A DNA stretch of 64,000 nucleotides from Eledone cirrhosa (GCA_964016885.1 OZ024740.1:376340001-376404000), one strand, 5' to 3'; numbered from the stretch's first letter, positions 13,257 to 29,041 are shown. Numbers and translations are program-made. The notes: a model not told the origin generated them from the sequence alone.

Positions 13257-13530
13257 GAATTAATTATACTATTTATGGTTATGTAAATACAAAAATCTTT
13301 TGCAGTTATATATATTTTTATATAAACCCTAAATAGTGGTAGGCAGTAATATATTACTACCTTATTACCAGTAAGTTAAGTAGCTCAATGTAAAAACATC
13401 AGATGATTTACAGAGCAGTTATATGAAATATAAGAATCAAAGAACTGTTCAAAACATTTTCTCGGTTTGGAGGAAACAGTTGTAAGCATGAAAAGGTTTT
13501 GAACAGTTCTTTGATTCTTATATTTCATAT
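13257..13530. mobile_element. Short fold-back derivative of PLE family C
   Basis: TATGAAATATAAGAATCAAAGAACTGTTCAAAAC (13420-13455) is inverted at 13497-13530. The centre is the 3' half of the 5302 HHR; the left arm has a long tail. Confidence 0.8.
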
Positions 13531-13559
13531 ATATATTTATATATATATATATATATTTT

Positions 13560-13701
13560 TTAGTCCAGAATTAGCCGTCGAAACGGCTTGAGCTCAGCTG
13601 TCGGGGTCTTACTGGTTCCTATTACCCAATCTACTACCTCAAGTATTGAGTACTTTAGTGCGTTATGGTCCACCTGGTTCCTTACCACATTTCCTTCGTT
13701 A
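13560..13701 (+). mobile_element. Family A PLE 3' end with tail
   Basis: Matches 33387-33446 plus the tail seen inverted at 31671. Confidence 0.85.
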
Positions 13702-13709
13702 TATATATT

Positions 13710-13763
<54 letters not shown>

Positions 13764-13907
13764 GATATTTGTGTATATTTTTATATATATATATATATAT
13801 TTATGTATATTTATATATATATATATATATTTAAGTATATATATATTTATATATATATATTTAAGTATATATATATTTATATATATATATGTATATATAT
13901 ATATATT

Positions 13908-14002
<95 letters not shown>

Positions 14003-14019
14003 GTATATATATATATATT

Positions 14020-14170
<151 letters not shown>

Positions 14171-14201
14171 TTATATATATATACATATATATATATATAT
14201 T

Positions 14202-14233
<32 letters not shown>

Positions 14234-14301
14234 GATATTTATGTATATTTATATATATATATATTTATGTATATTTATATATATATATATATATATTTAT
14301 G

Positions 14302-14366
<65 letters not shown>

Positions 14367-14368
<2 letters not shown>

Positions 14369-17300
14369 ATATATTTTTTAGTTTTGCGAGGTTTTTTATA
14401 TGGAATAGTGTGTCGAAACAAATATTGTTATACAGACAGAAACGCATTAACGGTAAGGAAGTCCGAAATCTCACCACACCAAACGAGAGGGATAACTTCA
14501 TGAGCGTCATCCGACGTGAAACGAAATACGCCCGAAACGACTGCAATAGGCATTTCAATAAGAAATTAGAATGAATGAATAAGAAAAACTACAAGAAGGG
14601 AAAATAGAATATTCTCAAAAATACCAAGATAACATCGACAATATCCGTGACTGATGTAAAACTAGCGGAAGAATTTACCAATGACCACACAGTAAATATT
14701 TACGGGAACACTTTAATCAGTTAACAAGAACAACAAATTCTGCGGCTACCACCAAAATTTGCCATCTACAAAAAGATTAAACCAATGGAGTGCAAAACGA
14801 AGCTGGAAAAGTGTTTCACAAAAATACGTTGGAATGCAAAGGTAAACAACAACAACAACAACAATAATAACGGTAGTAGTAATATAAACAATAACTCTGA
14901 GTATAGAAATAACAGCCAATACAATAACAATAGCAGGAAAGTGAGAAATAGCCATAATGGTAATAATAATAACGATAGACAGAACAACAACAACCACAAT
15001 AATAATAATAATAGAAAGATTAACCACAGACACAGCAGCAGCGACCGGGGTAGTAATAACGCTAACAATACGAACAACAATAACAATAACCACAGTGGTA
15101 ATAATGGAAATAATACATGTAGCAACATTAATGATAGACACAACAAAAACAAGAAACATAATAAAAGTAACAACCACAATGGTAGAAATAACAGTAACAA
15201 CAACAATAACGGTGAGGTAAACAACAATACATCTAGCAATCATAACAATAATAATAATGCTAATGATAAAAACAACAACAACCACCATGATAACAATAAT
15301 AGCAACACACACAACTATGACGATAGATATAATGATAACCCCTTAGAGAAACTATTTTTCAACCCAGCTGACAGAACATATAAGATGGGTAATATCTATC
15401 CTACGAGGTTACCCTTTAATAAAAGAGTTTGCATACCACAACAAATAGATGACGAGACAGAGGCACAGTTCACCATAGCTAGAAATAAGTTAGACAAATA
15501 GTAGACAGGTATACTAAGAGACAGAGCAGACCAGAGGCCCAACAACTTGGGAGGAAACCTGTAGAAGGCTTGGTTAGCCTCAATCAGCGCACAAGGGATG
15601 GTGAGGTAGTATGTCTACCCACGGATAAGTCTGGTAGGATGTCAATAGATAGCATGCCGAACTACATCAAGGCTATTCAACCCCACATCACCAACACCAG
15701 CGAAATTGCACAACAAATACACGATGAGAGAGAGAAAATCCTCAACGCTCACATGATGATGTGGACTGACATCCTAAAGCCAAGCAGACGCACTGCCAAC
15801 AACTTCCAGGCGTCTAACAATGGCATACCACCCTTGTATGGGTTCCGCAAAGACCACAAGACAGTCGAGGACCCGACAACAGGACCACCAACAAGACCCG
15901 TATGCGGAGCTAATATAGCTAGTAACTACAGGATCTCCTACTTCCTCTCAATGGTTATACGCCCCATAATCAAGATGTCCCCAGATGTATGTGACAGTAC
16001 AGAGGACCTCCTCAGCAGAATCAGTGAGTGCAACAAAAACAGGAACCTATCCAACTGCATAATAGGCAGCATGGATGCGGTGTCACTGTACCCATCCATT
16101 AACATTGATTTTGCTGTGAAAAGATGTGTGGAGATGATCATTGAGAGTGAGGTGGAATTTCTGCGACGTCGACACAGACGAACTGGGCCTCCTACTTAGA
16201 TTTACCTACGACACTGACTACCTAGACAGCCATGACCTTAGACGTTTCTGCCCTAGTAGAGCTATAAGAGGTAGACCCGCCACCATAACCTCAATGCAAA
16301 AAAGACTCTCATGGGAAGGTGGATTGGGTGGACCAAAGCTATACGGATCCCACCAAACAATGATCAGGTAAGAAAAATGGTTGCACATGCAATAGGGGCT
16401 AGTATCAAAACTACCCTAAAGGACCACATATTTAAGTTCAACGAGAAGTTCTACACCCAAATTGAGGGAGCAGGCATCGGCGTCAGCATAGCTGGTGATG
16501 TTGCCAACCTTTTCATGGTATGGTGAGAAAGGAGACTTAAAGATCTCCTTAATGAGAGCTCCATAGACCTCATCATGTACTCTCGTTATGTAGACGATAT
16601 CAATATAGTTATAAGAACACCCCCACAAGAGAGCACTAACAAGTTTGGTTTAGAACGTAGCACGATGGAAAGCATCCAGCAGATAGCTAATTCCATACAC
16701 CAGAGTATAACTGTAACTATCGACTTCCCTTCCAAACACCCTAACAATAGACTACCTGTATTAGACACAGAACTCTGGATTAACACTATAGAGGAGAGAG
16801 CCCAAATTCTCCACTCACACTATGCTAAACCCATGGCCTCCAAATACCTGATACTCAAAAACTCAGCAATGTCCAGTAGTGCTAAGTTTAATATTCTGAT
16901 CGCAGATTTGGTACGAGTGATGAAGAATGTGTCCCGCATGTGCGACCCAACAAAAATGGAAAGACACATCCAACACTTCATCAACCGCATGCAGTTCTCT
17001 GGCTAAAACCAAAGAGACAGAGTCAGAGTATACGAAGGAGCCATGGAGAAGTATAAGACCCTCATAGAACTGGACATGAAAGGAATTTGCCCATTATACA
17101 GGAGCAAATCATGGAATAGCTTAGATAGGGCTAGACATAAGATAGGGAAAGCCACCTCATGGTACGACAACCAGAGATACCAGAGTGTCATGTTTGTGGA
17201 CGCTACCCCTGGAGGGAAATTAGCTAACCAGTGTAGAAAGGCCCTGAGAAAGACCCACTTAAAAATAAAGGTGGTAGAAAAGCCAGGAACCACCATAAAA

Positions 17301-18230
17301 TCCCTGATCAGCAAAACCTACCATTTTAAGAAGACCCACTGTACCAATAGGAAATGTATCATATGTTAGGTGAACCCCCAGATAAACTGTAAAACTAGAA
17401 AGGTAGTCTATAGCATAATATGTACAGTGGGTACTTGCAGAAACATGACAACAACATACATAGGTGAGACTGCTCGTAGCATAGGTGAAAGGATAGACCA
17501 ACACTGGGGGAACTAAAAGGACAAAAAAACGGGTCAGTACTATACGAACATGCTAGACAACAACATGACGGTAACATAGACAACATAGAAATTAGAATAA
17601 TATCTAAACATAGAAATGACCAGCAGATAGGCAAATCAGAGAGGCCAGTGAAATAGAAATTAGAAGACAAACACTAAACAGAAAGATTGAATGGAATAAC
17701 AACACCCAAACAAACAACACTGACCCAAGAGAAGTATAAATAAGTAAATAAAATAAAATAAATAAATAAATAAATACATACACAAGCACAATAACAACAA
17801 GAACATAAACACACACTAGTCACCCATCACACAGCAAACAAAACACTATACACACACGCAAACGCATGCGCAAAGAAGACAAAATAAAATAAACACACAA
17901 GCAAATAAATAAATAAATATATAGACAGACTGAATAAAAATGGCGTAGACATACAATACAACAGGAGGAAAATATAGCACCACTGACGATGTTGCAGATG
18001 TGCAACGAAAGATTTATGATAAACTATATATATGTGTTTGTGTCTATATTGTATCTGTATTATTTTTGACCGTCGGCCAGTCAATGGCAACATTGAGGAC
18101 CGAGTAAGTTAGATTACCGATATAAAAGACACAGAAGCGAGAAGAGAAAACCAACCAAACAGTGAGTGTGTTCTGTTATTAATTCTGGCAATATTACACA
18201 AATATGACGCTTCCCAAGTATGACAATATA
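14367..18230 (+). mobile_element. Near full-length decayed PLE (Naiad-like: DKS motif, RT insertion), RT + GIY-YIG
   Basis: LRLPPKFA, PTDKSG, LYGFRKDHK..RPVCG, GSMDAVSLYPSI, GIGVSIAGDVAN, YSRYVDDI, LPVLD, VVYSIIC...YIGETARS. Several stops and frameshifts. Inverted tail at 14378-14433. The clade call is an inference. Confidence 0.92.
17978..18021 (+). ncRNA. Hammerhead ribozyme (weak stems I and III)
   Basis: cacca CTGACGA t-gttgca-gatg-tgcaac GAAA gatt TA tgata. Confidence 0.65.
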
Positions 18231-18408
18231 TTGATATATATATTTATACATATATATTTATACACATATATTTATACATATATATTTTTACATATATATT
18301 TATACATATATATTTATACATATATATTTATACATATATATTTATACATATATATTTATACATATATATTTATACATATATATTTATATATATATATTTA
18401 TATATATA

Positions 18409-21400
18409 GGGAAAGCAATAGGATTAAAAGGAGAAGGGAGACTAAGGACAAAGAAAATAACCAAGACAAACACACAGACACACAAAATAGGTTAAATAAC
18501 AACAATGAGCCAGTGGAAAGAGACAGGAGTAATTATGAGAGACATAGAAACAACCATAAGGCTGTTGGTGGAAATAGAAATAGAAACAACACAACTAACA
18601 ATAACAATAGCACTAGTACACATAAAGCAGCAGCCTGGAACTCTACGTTTTATAATCCCTCCGATAAATCGTTCGACCTGCGACGAGTCCACGCCACGAC
18701 TCTACCATTTAACAAACGCACACAATTGCCGTCGCAGGTCGATGAACAAACAGAAGTACAATTTAGTATAGCTAGATCCGAACTTAGAAGTATTATAGAA
18801 AAGTATAGCAAGAAGCATAATAGAATGGAGGCCCAGCAACTGGGAGAAAAATCTGCAAATGGCTTGCGTAAGCTCATGCAGCGCTCGCGTAATGGAGAGA
18901 TAGCTTGCTTTCCAACAGACAAGTCTGGCAGAATGTCGGTTGACAGCCTGCCAAACTACATCCACGCAATGCACCCCAAATCACTAACACAAGAGAGGTA
19001 ACACCACAGGAGCATGATGATAGAGAAAAAGCCCTCAATGCCCATATGGTGATGTGGACGAATATAATGCAACCCAACAAAAGGACTGCCAACAACTTCC
19101 AGGCCTGGAACAATGACGTGCCGGCGTTGTATGGGCTTCGAAAAGACCATAAAACGGGCAGTGACCCTGTCGCGGGACCACCAACACGGCCAGTCTGTGG
19201 AGCTAACATTGCTAGTAACTACAGACTGTCCTACTTCCTCTCCCTGATCATACGCCCCATCATTGAAATGTCCCCAGATGTATGACAGCACGGAGGACTT
19301 CCTCAGCAGAATCGGCGTGAGTAACCGATCTAGGGACCTAACAAACTGCATAATAGGTAGTATGGATGTTGTGTCCCTGTATCCATCTATTGACGTGGAT
19401 TTTGCTGTGGAGAAATGCGTAGAAATGATCAGTGAGTGCAATGTTGAGTTCCGTGGGATTGATACCAGTGAGCTGGGACTCCCACTTAAACCTACCTATA
19501 GTAATAATTACCTAGACACATATGTCCTTAGCAACCTGTGCCCTAAAAGACCAGCAAAAGGCAGACCACCTACCATTACCTCAATGGCCAAGAAAACCCA
19601 CACAGATAGATGGAACGGGTGGACCAGAGCCATACGGACACACGAAAACAACGATGAACTGAAGAAAATGATTGCACATGCGGTAGGGGCCAGCATAAAA
19701 CTAACCCTTAAGGAACATATGTTCAAATTTAATGGAAAAACATATGCCCAAGAGGAAGGAGCATCCATTGGTGTTAGCATTGCAGGCGACATAGCTAACT
19801 TATTCATGGTATGGTGGGACAGTAGACTTAAACTTAAACTTAAAGAACAATTAGAAGACCCCATAACCCTGATAATGTACTCCCGCTACGTTGATGATAT
19901 AAACATCGTAGTTAAGACACCCCACTAGAGAAGAGTCTGGAACTAGAGAAAAACACAATGGAAAGCATCCAGCAAATAGGTAACTTCATCTACCAGAGCA
20001 TTAGAGTTACTATAGACTACCCAAGTAAACACCCCAACCATCGATTATCTGTACTAGACACAGAGCTCTGGTTAGATAACATTAATAACACAAAACAAAT
20101 CATCCATTCCCATTATGCCAGACCCATGACTTCCAAACATCTGATCCACCGGAACTCGGCCGTTTCGGACCATACCAAAATCAACATACTGATTGCGGAT
20201 TTGGTACGGGTGATGAGAAACGTGTCCCACATGTGCAACCCCGAAGAGCTAGAGAGACACATACAACACTTCATCCACCGTATGCAGTTCTTTGGTTACA
20301 ATCAGAGAGATAAAATCAGAGTGTATAGAGGAGCCTGAACTAAATGGGAAAAAATGGTAAATAATGACATGAATGGGACCTGCCCCTTGTATAGGAGCAA
20401 ATTTTGGAATAGAATAGAAAGAACTAGGAATAAGGCTAATAGAATAAACTCATGGTATGATAGCAACAAATACCAGAGTGTAATGTTCATCAATACAACC
20501 CCTAGAGGTGAATTAGCTTACAAACTTAGAAGGGCCCTAAATAAACATAAACTCAATATTAAGATAGTAGAAAGACCAGGTACCTACGTAAAAACACTTA
20601 TTAGCAAGACATACCCTTTCCAAAGACCCTCATGTATAGATAAGAAATCTATAACCTGTAAAATAAGCCCCCATATTGACTGTAAAACTAGAAATGTAGT
20701 GTATAGCATAAGATGTACTGAAGGACAATGTAGAGACAAAAATATAGTGTACATATGTGAGACAGCTCGTAGTGTAGGGGAACGGATAAATGAACACTGG
20801 CGAGACCTTCAAGATAATAAAGAATCATCTGTACTCTACCAATATGCTAAAATAGAACACAAGGGTAAATTAGAGAACATAGAAATAAAAATAGAATCTA
20901 CACACAGAAAAGACGCAATGTTTAGACAAATTACAGAGGCAATAAACATAAAAGAATTACAACCAAAATTAAATATAAAATATGAGTGGAACAGCAACAT
21001 CACAACTTACAATTAAGGACAAAATGAAAATACACACACACACATAGAACAAACAACCAACCAGTAACATGTAAATAAACAAATAAATAAATTAACATAA
21101 ACACACACAGACACCCGGATGTGGCGCATGCGCAGACTGAGCACACAACACACACAAAGAAACAAAATGGCGTAGGACAGAACAAAGGAGAGGCACAGAA
21201 ACAAAGAAAGGAATCCCCAGTCACTGAAGAGGTCACAGAGTGTTTTACGAAAGAACTATGACTATATATAAACAACTATCTGGTTGTGGAACCAACCAAC
21301 CAACCAGAAATTTATAAATTTATAAAGTTATTATAAATTTATTATAATAAATTGAAGTGAAAGCAGCTGGTGCGTGTGTTTCTTATTGGCAACATGACCC

Positions 21401-21477
21401 TCTTAAAGTATAACAATATCGGTTTCAACACACGATTTCAGATAAAGAATCTTGCTAAACAAATTCAGAAACGAAAT
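18409..21477 (+). mobile_element. Second, diverged Naiad-like PLE in tandem (5'-truncated, decayed)
   Basis: PTDKSG, GSMDVVSLYPSI, YSRYVDDI and VVYSIRC...YICETARS..RINEH..EA..I...P.LN in ORFs 18204-21016. HHR at 21219; tail ends in (TA)n. Confidence 0.92.
21219..21263 (+). ncRNA. Type I hammerhead ribozyme
   Basis: agtca CTGAAGA ggtcacagagtgttttac GAAA gaac TA tgact; perfect 5-bp stem I. Confidence 0.8.
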
Positions 21478-21486
21478 ATATTTATA

Positions 21487-21542
<56 letters not shown>

Positions 21543-21740
21543 GATAAATCTACCAAGAGTTTACGGTAGTGTCCAATCCGTATGAAGAACTCAATGTATT
21601 CCGGATATCATGGAAAGAAGAGATGTAATGAAAAATCACTTTCGGTGAAAGATAAACGGTATACAGAGTCAAGATAAAATATTAAACAAATAATGAATAA
21701 AACAATGAAACAGTTCCTTATATTAAACAAAAAAAGTTCA

Positions 21741-21886
21741 TTATTTAACGATCGTTTCTAGGATATATATGTGTTAGAATTGGCATGCATATTCAACAGA
21801 TCTATGTATAAAATTATACAAAATTATACAAACTATCAAGATTAAATATACATACCAACACATATATACGCCGTCTTCAGAAATAA
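21741..21886 (-). ncRNA. Hammerhead-like motif with long stem II (left-arm copy)
   Basis: Reverse complement of 31038-31183. Confidence 0.65.
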
Positions 21887-22543
21887 AGAAATATATTTAT
21901 TGATAATAACAACAATTCAAAATTTCAGGTCCGTTTGGGAACAAAATTGACCAATGAAAATACAAAAGGTTTTATGCAGTTCGGTGTGTGTATATACATG
22001 TAACTACCCCGTACTCATATTTATACAAAAATGTATGCTCAACATGCATACGCTTGCCAAAAAGATGCATGCAAATACAAAATTTCAAGGTTAATGTCTC
22101 TGTAAGTTTATAATGCACAGATAAGATGCGTATAGACACATAAATATGAAATAAGTGTATACACATATTCTCATACTCACACATATCCGTACAATCACAC
22201 ACACGCGCGCGTATATGCATAAACATACACATAATTACGAACATACACACACACACATACCCCCACACACATATATATATATGTGGATATAATATTATCA
22301 TAAGCACATGGATATTAATTCACTCACATAAACACTGCCACACACATCTAGATCAAGATACAGAAATTAGGTGGGAGGGGGGGGGAGAGGTCAGTATTCA
22401 ACGGTTTGGGCAGACTGCTTATTTATAGATGTATCTATAAACTAAGAAATAAAAAATAAAAATTAAAAAGGAAAGAAAAGAAAATGAAAAAAGAGAAAAA
22501 AGAAATATATCAAGAAAATATATATATATATACACATATATAT

Positions 22544-22574
<31 letters not shown>

Positions 22575-22672
22575 CATATATATACATATACACACATCTA
22601 CACTTAGAACATACATACACACACATATATAAACATATACATATACACACATACACACATATACACACATAC

Positions 22673-22715
<43 letters not shown>

Positions 22716-23013
22716 TACACATATAATCACACATACATATATAGACACACATATATATACACGTACACGCACATATACATACACATACATACTTATATAC
22801 ATACAGATATACACATACATACCTATATATACACACAAATACATACAGACATACATAAATACATACACACAAATACTTACGCATCCATATATCGGTATAT
22901 ACATACAAACACCACTACACTCTCACACAACTCAGACATACAAAGAAAAAGGTATATACCTATACACATATACATATACAAATAGAGATACATATACATA
23001 TATATATATATAT

Positions 23014-23050
<37 letters not shown>

Positions 23051-23241
23051 CACATATACACACATACATATACATACACATACATACATGTACACACACA
23101 TACATATACATACATACACACATACATATATAGTCATACACACACATACACCTACACGAACATACACATACACATATATAAAGATATATATACACACACA
23201 CACACATACACACACACACATATATATAAAATAAAGATATA

Positions 23242-23291
<50 letters not shown>

Positions 23292-23854
23292 TATATACAT
23301 ACACATATACATAGACATACATGTACATACATACACATACATACATACATATACACACATATATATATATATATATACACACATAGACACATACATACAT
23401 ACACACACAACATACATACACAGACATATATACTCATACATAGACAAAGATATATATTCATACATACATACGCACTTACATATACTCATATATACAAATA
23501 CATACGCATCCATATATGCGTATATACATACAAACACCACTACACTCTCACACAACTCAGACATACAAAGAAAAAGGTATATACATATACATATATACAC
23601 ACATTAATAGAGATACATATACACATATATATATATATATATACACATACATTTATATATATACACCCACACACACATACAACCATAAACACACATACAA
23701 ACACACACATACACACATATATACATACATATATATACACACACACAAAAAACACACATACACATATATATTTTTACACATATATATACACATATATATA
23801 CATATACACACCCTCACATATACACACATACACATAAGTTATATAATAATAATA

Positions 23855-23891
<37 letters not shown>

Positions 23892-25001
23892 CGAATATAG
23901 ACATATATACACACATAGATATACATATATATATACATATACACACACACACACACACACTCACATATATATGTGCGCACACGCACACATATACACATAC
24001 ACACATATACACATAAACACATACATGTGCATACATGTACATACACACATATACCCACATAGATACGAAGATAGACATATATATAGAGAGACATACATAT
24101 ATATACACACATATATATACATATACATACATACATACACACATATATATATATATACACATACACATACACGCCCACACACATATACACATATACACAT
24201 ATATATATATATATATATATACACATACATATATATATACACACATGCATATATACACACATATATATACACACACACATATATATACACACAATCTTAC
24301 ATTTTTATTTGCATGCGCATATGTGTATTTTTATATTCAGATATAAATACCCAAACATATATACACCTACCTACATATATATTCATACATACACGCTTAC
24401 AAACACAGATGATAATAGTATGGGGGAAAGGGGGGGGGGGGGAGAAGGGGATTATAGTAAATATATGTTTCAAGAAACATAGAATATTATCTGTATCTGG
24501 ATCCAATGTATGTTTTTACATAGTTTCAGTGTTAGGAAATACAAGAAATAAGGCAAAATTTATGCATTTCAAAATAAGTATACCATTAATTATATGTTAA
24601 CTAAACTAAAGATAGTTAACATATTGATTTCTAAGGTGTAAATTAGTTAGGTTTATAATATTTGAAGCAGAATTTTGAAGTTAAATAGTAGTAGAGTATT
24701 AATTATAGTATAACTAAATTAAAGTTATTAACGTTATGGTATCAATATTAGGAAATGAATTTAGTAATAGGGAAAAAACAAATAAAGTATTACATCGGTA
24801 GTAGAATATAAATTATAGGTTAACTAAATTAAAAATTATATATTAATTTCTATAGTATATGTTAATTAGGTATATAATAAATAAAACAGATATTGTATTT
24901 TATCAATAGCAGAATATAATTATATGCAAATAGAAATCAAAATTAATACATATACATATACATATACATACACATATATATATACATATATATATATACA
25001 C

Positions 25002-25038
<37 letters not shown>

Positions 25039-26044
25039 TACACATACATATACATACATACATATACATATTTTTTCAAAAATTGCAAAGAATATATTAA
25101 CTAGGTATACATCCAAAACACATCCCATTCTATGATTACATGACACTCTGCAATCCGTCTGTATAAGGATACTAATTTTAAGCCAATTAAATTAAATTTT
25201 TAGGTTGACTAAATTTAAAACCAAATTATAAATATATTTCTAAAATGTATATTAATTAGGTCTATAATACTAAAGATTATTTCTCTGTCATTGGATACAC
25301 GATATTTTGTTATATTTTATCTGTAAAGGAATTTTAATAAAAGGTTTAAATAAATTAAAATTAATCTATAAATTAAATTACTAAGTATATATTAGTAATA
25401 TTTAAAGGTTTTTCACAATTTATGATTACACAATATTTTATATTCTCATCTGTAGTAGAATTTTAATTAAATTAAATTTATAGGTTAACTAACATTTAAA
25501 TTAAATTAATTTCTAAAATAATGTTATTAATTAGGTTTATAATATTTAAATGTTTTTTTTAGTTTATGATTACACGATATAATTAATTCCTGTCGTTTAT
25601 TTAATAGGATATCCTTAGATTTCATTATTTCAAATAGTTCTTGGGAACATAATCTACATTCATTTCTATTATTTTGATAAGGGGTGGCTCTTTTGAGCAC
25701 ACTCCAGGTCAAATCATATTCTATATTCTTATTTTTATAACTATTGATTTTTTCTGCTAGAGATGTTGTATTAGCGAGTGCGGCATTTTTAAAACTATGC
25801 TTGTGGGTATTAAACCTTGTCTTAAAATTGTTAGAGGTAGCTCCTATATATGAGCAAATAGAATCTTTAGTTTTAACATTACATTTATAGACTATGTTGT
25901 TAACAAGACAATTCCCTTTTAATGGGCAGTTTGCTTTGTTTCTACAGTTACAACCTTTCGTTAATTCTGTATTTGAGGAGATATTATGGTTAATTTGATG
26001 TACTGGTGGTATACTTATGGTTTTCTTACATTTATATGCATTAT

Positions 26045-27355
26045 TTCCTTAAAGACTATTATAATCTTCATATTACTTTTGAAAAAACAAGTAAAGTAGT
26101 AAATTTCCTAGATATAACTTTAGATTTAGCTACGGGTATCTACCAACCTTACCATAAACCAAACCAAAACTTACATTACATACACTCACAATCTAATCAC
26201 CCTAAATCTATCCTTAAAAACCTTGCATATAATATATCACTTAGAATTTCTAACCTTTCTTCTAACCAAGATGTATTTGATAAGAATGCGACCTTCTATA
26301 ACGAAGCTCTAGATAGAAGTGGCCACAAAAATAGATTAGAATATATACCTTCTACTAAAAATACTAAAAACATACAACCTAATATTACCAACAAACACCA
26401 AATGAAAAGTACACACCTAAATGCCACCCACACTATACCCCAAAATACCAAATCTTCTAATATAAAATATAGTAACTCTCAAAAAACTACTCATCATACA
26501 ACTCTAACAAATATTAATAATAAAACTCCTAATAAAAAGGATAAAACACCTAAATCTACAAATATAACTAAAAATGGTTGTGGTGAGATCATTAACATTA
26601 ATCCTCCTAGTAAACATCACGATACAACCTATAAAAATAATAAAAATAATAAACAACATAGAAACCGTAATAGACGGGTTACTTGGTATAATGCTCCATT
26701 TAATTTACAAATTAAGGATAATATTGCTAAAAAATTTTTTTATATCCTAGAGAAAAACTTCCCGCCAAACCACAAATACCATCAAATCTTAAATAGGTCT
26801 ACAGTTAAATTCTCATACTCTACAACAAATAACATAAAACAAAATATAAGTGCCTATAATGCATATAAATGTAAGAAAACCATAAGTATACCACCAATAC
26901 ATCAAATTAACCATAATATCTCCTCAAATACAGAATTAACGAAAGGTTGTAACTGTAGAAACAAAGCAAACTGCCCATTAAAAGGGAATTGTCTTGTTAA
27001 CAACATAGTCTATAAATGTAATGTTAAAACTAAAGATTCTATTTGCTCATATATAGGAGCTACCTCTAACAATTTTAAGACAAGGTTTAATACCCACAAG
27101 CATAGTTTTAAAAATGCCGCACTGGCTAATACAACATCTCTAGCAGAAAAAATCAATAGTTATAAAAATAAGAATATAGAATATGATTTGACCTGGAGTG
27201 TGCTCAAAAGAGCCACCCCTTATCAAAATAATAGAAATGAATGTAGATTATGTTCCCAAGAACTATTTGAAATAATGAAATCTAAGGATATCCTATTAAA
27301 TAAACGACAGGAATTAATTATATCGTGTAATCATAAACTAAAAAAAAACATTTAA
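26045..27355 (+). CDS. PLE RT thumb, linker and GIY-YIG (5'-truncated open frame; Hydra-like Cys pattern)
   Basis: VNFLDITLDL..YHKPN..YIH..SNHP...WYNAPFN...CNCRNKANCPLKGNCL..IVYKC...YIGAT..FKTRF..H...CRLC..E...LLNKR.E...CNH. Confidence 0.9.
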   Translation, partial: FLKDYYNLHITFEKTSKVVNFLDITLDLATGIYQPYHKPNQNLHYIHSQSNHPKSILKNLAYNISLRISNLSSNQDVFDKNATFYNEALDRSGHKNRLEYIPSTKNTKNIQPNITNKHQMKSTHLNATHTIPQNTKSSNIKYSNSQKTTHHTTLTNINNKTPNKKDKTPKSTNITKNGCGEIININPPSKHHDTTYKNNKNNKQHRNRNRRVTWYNAPFNLQIKDNIAKKFFYILEKNFPPNHKYHQILNRSTVKFSYSTTNNIKQNISAYNAYKCKKTISIPPIHQINHNISSNTELTKGCNCRNKANCPLKGNCLVNNIVYKCNVKTKDSICSYIGATSNNFKTRFNTHKHSFKNAALANTTSLAEKINSYKNKNIEYDLTWSVLKRATPYQNNRNECRLCSQELFEIMKSKDILLNKRQELIISCNHKLKKNI

Positions 27356-27862
27356 ATATTATAAACCTAATTAATAACATTATTTTAGAAATTAATTTAA
27401 TTTAAATGTTAGTTAACCTATAAATTTAATTTAATTAAAATTCTACTACAGATGAGAATATAAAATATTGTGTAATCATAAATTGTGAAAAACCTTTAAA
27501 TATTACTAATATATACTTAGTAATTTAATTTATAGATTAATTTTAATTTATTTAAACCTTTTATTAAAATTCCTTTACAGATAAAATATAACAAAATATC
27601 GTGTATCCAATGACAGAGAAATAATCTTTAGTATTATAGACCTAATTAATATACATTTTAGAAATATATTTATAATTTGGTTTTAAATTTAGTCAACCTA
27701 AAAATTTAATTTAATTGGCTTAAAATTAGTATCCTTATACAGACGGATTGCAGAGTGTCATGTAATCATAGAATGGGATGTGTTTTGGATGTATACCTAG
27801 TTAATATATTCTTTGCAATTTTTGAAAAAATATGTATATGTATGTATGTATATGTATGTGTA

Positions 27863-27899
<37 letters not shown>

Positions 27900-29010
27900 G
27901 TGTATATGTATATATGTATATATATATGTGTATGTATATGTATATGTATATGTATTAATTTTGATTTCTATTTGCATATAATTATATTCTGCTATTGATA
28001 AAATACAATATCTGTTTTATTTATTATATACCTAATTAACATATACTATAGAAATTAATATATAATTTTTAATTTAGTTAACCTATAATTTATATTCTAC
28101 TACCGATGTAATACTTTATTTGTTTTTTCCCTATTACTAAATTCATTTCCTAATATTGATACCATAACGTTAATAACTTTAATTTAGTTATACTATAATT
28201 AATACTCTACTACTATTTAACTTCAAAATTCTGCTTCAAATATTATAAACCTAACTAATTTACACCTTAGAAATCAATATGTTAACTATCTTTAGTTTAG
28301 TTAACATATAATTAATGGTATACTTATTTTGAAATGCATAAATTTTGCCTTATTTCTTGTATTTCCTAACACTGAAACTATGTAAAAACATACATTGGAT
28401 CCAGATACAGATAATATTCTATGTTTCTTGAAACATATATTTACTATAATCCCCTTCTCCACCCCCCCCCCCTTTCCCCCATACTATTATCATCTGTGTT
28501 TGTAAGCGTGTATGTATGAATATATATGTAGGTAGGTGTATATATGTTTGGGTATTTATATCTGAATATAAAAATACACATATGCGCATGCAAATAAAAA
28601 TGTAAGATTGTGTGTATATATATGTGTGTGTGTATATATATGTGTGTATATATGCATGTGTGTATATATATGTGTATGTGTATATATATATATATATATA
28701 TATGTGTATATGTGTATATGTGTGTGGGCGTGTATGTGTATGTGTATATATATATATATGTGTGTATGTATGTATGTATATGTATATATATGTGTGTATA
28801 TATATGTATGTCTCTCTATATATATGTCTATCTTCGTATCTATGTGGGTATATGTGTGTATGTACATGTATGCACATGTATGTGTTTATGTGTATATGTG
28901 TGTATGTGTATATGTGTGCGTGTGCGCACATATATATGTGAGTGTGTGTGTGTGTGTGTGTATATGTATATATATATGTATATCTATGTGTGTATATATG
29001 TCTATATTCG

Positions 29011-29041
<31 letters not shown>

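Noticed and set aside
16524-20338. In-frame TGA codons in the Naiad-like elements as possible selenocysteine
   Set aside because: They align to Trp and Met in the sister copy, not Cys, and occur alongside TAA/TAG stops and frameshifts. No SECIS was recognised.
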